A stretch of DNA of 64,000 nt from Dicyema japonicum (Eukaryota; Animalia; Dicyemida). Of this stretch, positions 62,074 through 64,000 are shown one piece after another. Location: the NCBI GenBank assembly GCA_011109175.1, contig RDEW01000026.1, positions 575,695 through 639,694 of the forward strand. The letters run 5' to 3'. A program made the translations under genes and the position numbers. Position 1 is the first letter of the stretch, and the number at the start of each line of letters is the position of its first letter. The notes beneath the pieces are model-generated. The model ran no database searches. It worked only from the letters and a program-made list of their open reading frames with translations, and had not been told where the DNA came from.

Positions 62074-63493
62074 GTGGAACCGCCATTATCATCTATTGGA
62101 CATATGAAATCCACGAGTCTTTTATGGAAAACTATTCGTCGAATCAAGCTAAACTTATCAGATGAATCAGAATCTTTTTCTGCTCCAAATACTGTGAAAG
62201 CTAACAACCTAATGAAATACTACGCATCCATAAGTCACAAGGACTTCTCGAAATCCCATTCTTGTCACCTTCGAATTTAATGCCTAAACCAACTTCGTGA
62301 ATCAATTTATTACCCATGCCGAGGTCACACAGGCAATAAGATCGATGAAGAGATTTTATACATGTGGTCCTGACGGCATTCTGGGAATTTTGCTAAAACA
62401 CCTTGGTAATGTTGCAATCAATTCGATTACGTCAATTTTTAATTTGTCTTTTAACATGAACGTCATCCCATGCAAATGGAAGAACTCACTTATAATACTA
62501 ATCCTAATTTTCTCTCCGGAAGGACGTGTCTGTATGGGCCACGCAAGATCGAGGTCTCGTCTACTACCAAATGGCGTCCTTCAAGGATCGCTCCTCTCTC
62601 CGGCGTTATTCAACTTATTCCTCAACGATTTACCCTGCCCTGGAGGACCAGATTCAATGCTTTCTCACCTATGCTGACGACCTTATCATCGCTAGCAGGA
62701 ACAAATACGTGGGTACAGCAAAATCAGAGCTTCAGTCACATATTGACGACCTGGGAGCCTGGTTGAAGTTGAATCGTCTCTCCATATCCAGGGATAAATC
62801 AACGTGTACAATCTTCACCACGGACAGAAAAGAAAAACATACACTGGATTTGAACTTTTATTATTATTATTATTTAAGCCAAAGAAACACCGTCTTAACC
62901 AATAACTAATATTCAGGTGATCCCGGCATCTCTCAATAATCGGGCCATTTTTTCTCTTTTCTCGATGCTCCGACTGTGATCCCACGCATTTTCTATACGG
63001 ACGGGGGTCTTTTTCCTTTCCTCTTCTGAAATTGCCTCCAGTTGCCTCTATGATAGACTCGAGTGCTCTGGGGGCAATTTCTTTATCTGTATATTTTTCT
63101 AGTAACTTTTTCGCTCTTGACTGGATATCTTGAATTTTTGTTAGGTTCGTTGCCGACAGGTTAGATCCCCATGCAGCATATGCATAGCCTATTGTTGGCT
63201 CGACATACTGCTTGTAGAGGGTCCCGATACCTGGCGGATAAATTCCTCCACAGTTCCAAAGGAAGGCCTTTACAAAATTGATCTTCTTTGCACAGGTTGA
63301 TATGATAGATTCCACATGGGCTGAGAAGCAGAGGAAAGTATCAAAAGTTACTCCCAGAAACTCCTTACCATTACAGATTCGTCCAACTATCCTGGGAGTG
63401 ACATTTGACCCTTTGATGACATTTTCCCAACATATGAAGAACGTTATGACAAAGGGTCTCAGGAAACTATACATAATCAAACCGATCTTGTAG
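62074..63493 (+). mobile_element. Ingi/Vingi-like LINE RT region, interrupted by an antisense relative
   Basis: GPDGI..LKHLG, NGVLQGSLLSPALFNLFLNDLP, YADDLII, KSTCTIFTT; resumes at about 63365 with ILGVTFDPLMTFSQHM. Confidence 0.8.
62860..63365 (-). mobile_element. 5'-truncated Ingi-like LINE inserted antisense, with (TAA)n tail
   Basis: FLGVTFDTFLCFSAHV..LYKQYVEPTIGYAYAAWGSNLS.TNLTKIQ.IQ; the tail reads ttattattatt on + at 62860-62876. Confidence 0.75.
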
Positions 63494-63499
63494 TCCAGG

Positions 63500-64000
63500 C
63501 CGTTACTTTAATGCGCTGTCGTCTTGTTCAATTAACTCCTAAAACCGACGATAGAGTATAGAGTTGGAGTACCTAATGGATGTGAAACAGTAATACATTC
63601 AATCCGGAATCCTGACGCGCAGGATTCAATTATAGTCAAACTGGACATACGTAATGCATTCAATAGCATCCGAAGCGATAGAATCATAGAAGATAGTGTC
63701 TCTAGGATTCCTGAGATTAGCAGGATGTCAGACTCTCATATGGTTCCCCGTGTACGCTGATCTTCGGACAACGCGCCATCAAGTCCAAGACTGGAGTCCA
63801 ACAAGGAGACCCACTTGGCCCTCTACTCTTTGCTTTGGGTATCGACTGTATCTGCGATCAAAACTCCTTGAAATTATGGTACCTTGATGACTCGACCATT
63901 GGGGGAGTTGGGAAATTGTTGTAAAAGAAGTTAAACGCGTCATCCCTGCCCTCGCGGCACTCGGACTGGAGCCGAATCCATCGAAGTGCGAAGTTATTAA
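63500..64000 (+). mobile_element. CRE-clade RT, running off the window end
   Basis: GVPNGCETVIHS, VKLDIRNAFNSI, TGVQQGDPLGPLLFALGI, WYLDDSTIGG. Confidence 0.8.

Overview
AT-rich eukaryotic genomic DNA, almost certainly from an animal and most likely a genome-compacted parasite. A dicyemid mesozoan is the best guess, inferred from intron size plus a metazoan-type gene and transposon repertoire. Only two host genes are supportable. One is an intronless BTG/Tob-family gene (576-1091, -). The other is a full-length but very divergent cullin (12659-15097, +) that the ORF track misses because 15 micro-introns split it; ten of these are exactly 22 nt, with a position-fixed T..A (putative branch point) 9 and 7 nt from the 3' end. 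The centre (21794-39301) is a 17.5-kb higher-order satellite built from 82-100 bp monomers. It joins, roughly in register, an older and more diverged related repeat family. The rest is a nested transposon graveyard: RTE-like, BovB-like, Ingi/Vingi-like, Jockey/I-like, NeSL/R4-like and CRE non-LTR elements, a Helitron, MULE, Tigger/pogo, Buster-type hAT, CGGBP-like hAT, a Merlin remnant, and three copies of a tRNA-derived SINE. The most interesting signals are the ruler-like 22-nt introns, a nested double-pseudoknot (HDV-ribozyme-like) fold with compensatory base changes at the 5' ends of Ingi-like LINEs, and the grammar and possible LRR-coding ancestry of the satellite. All alignments and folds were done by eye; no searches were run. 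Most transposon boundaries are approximate.
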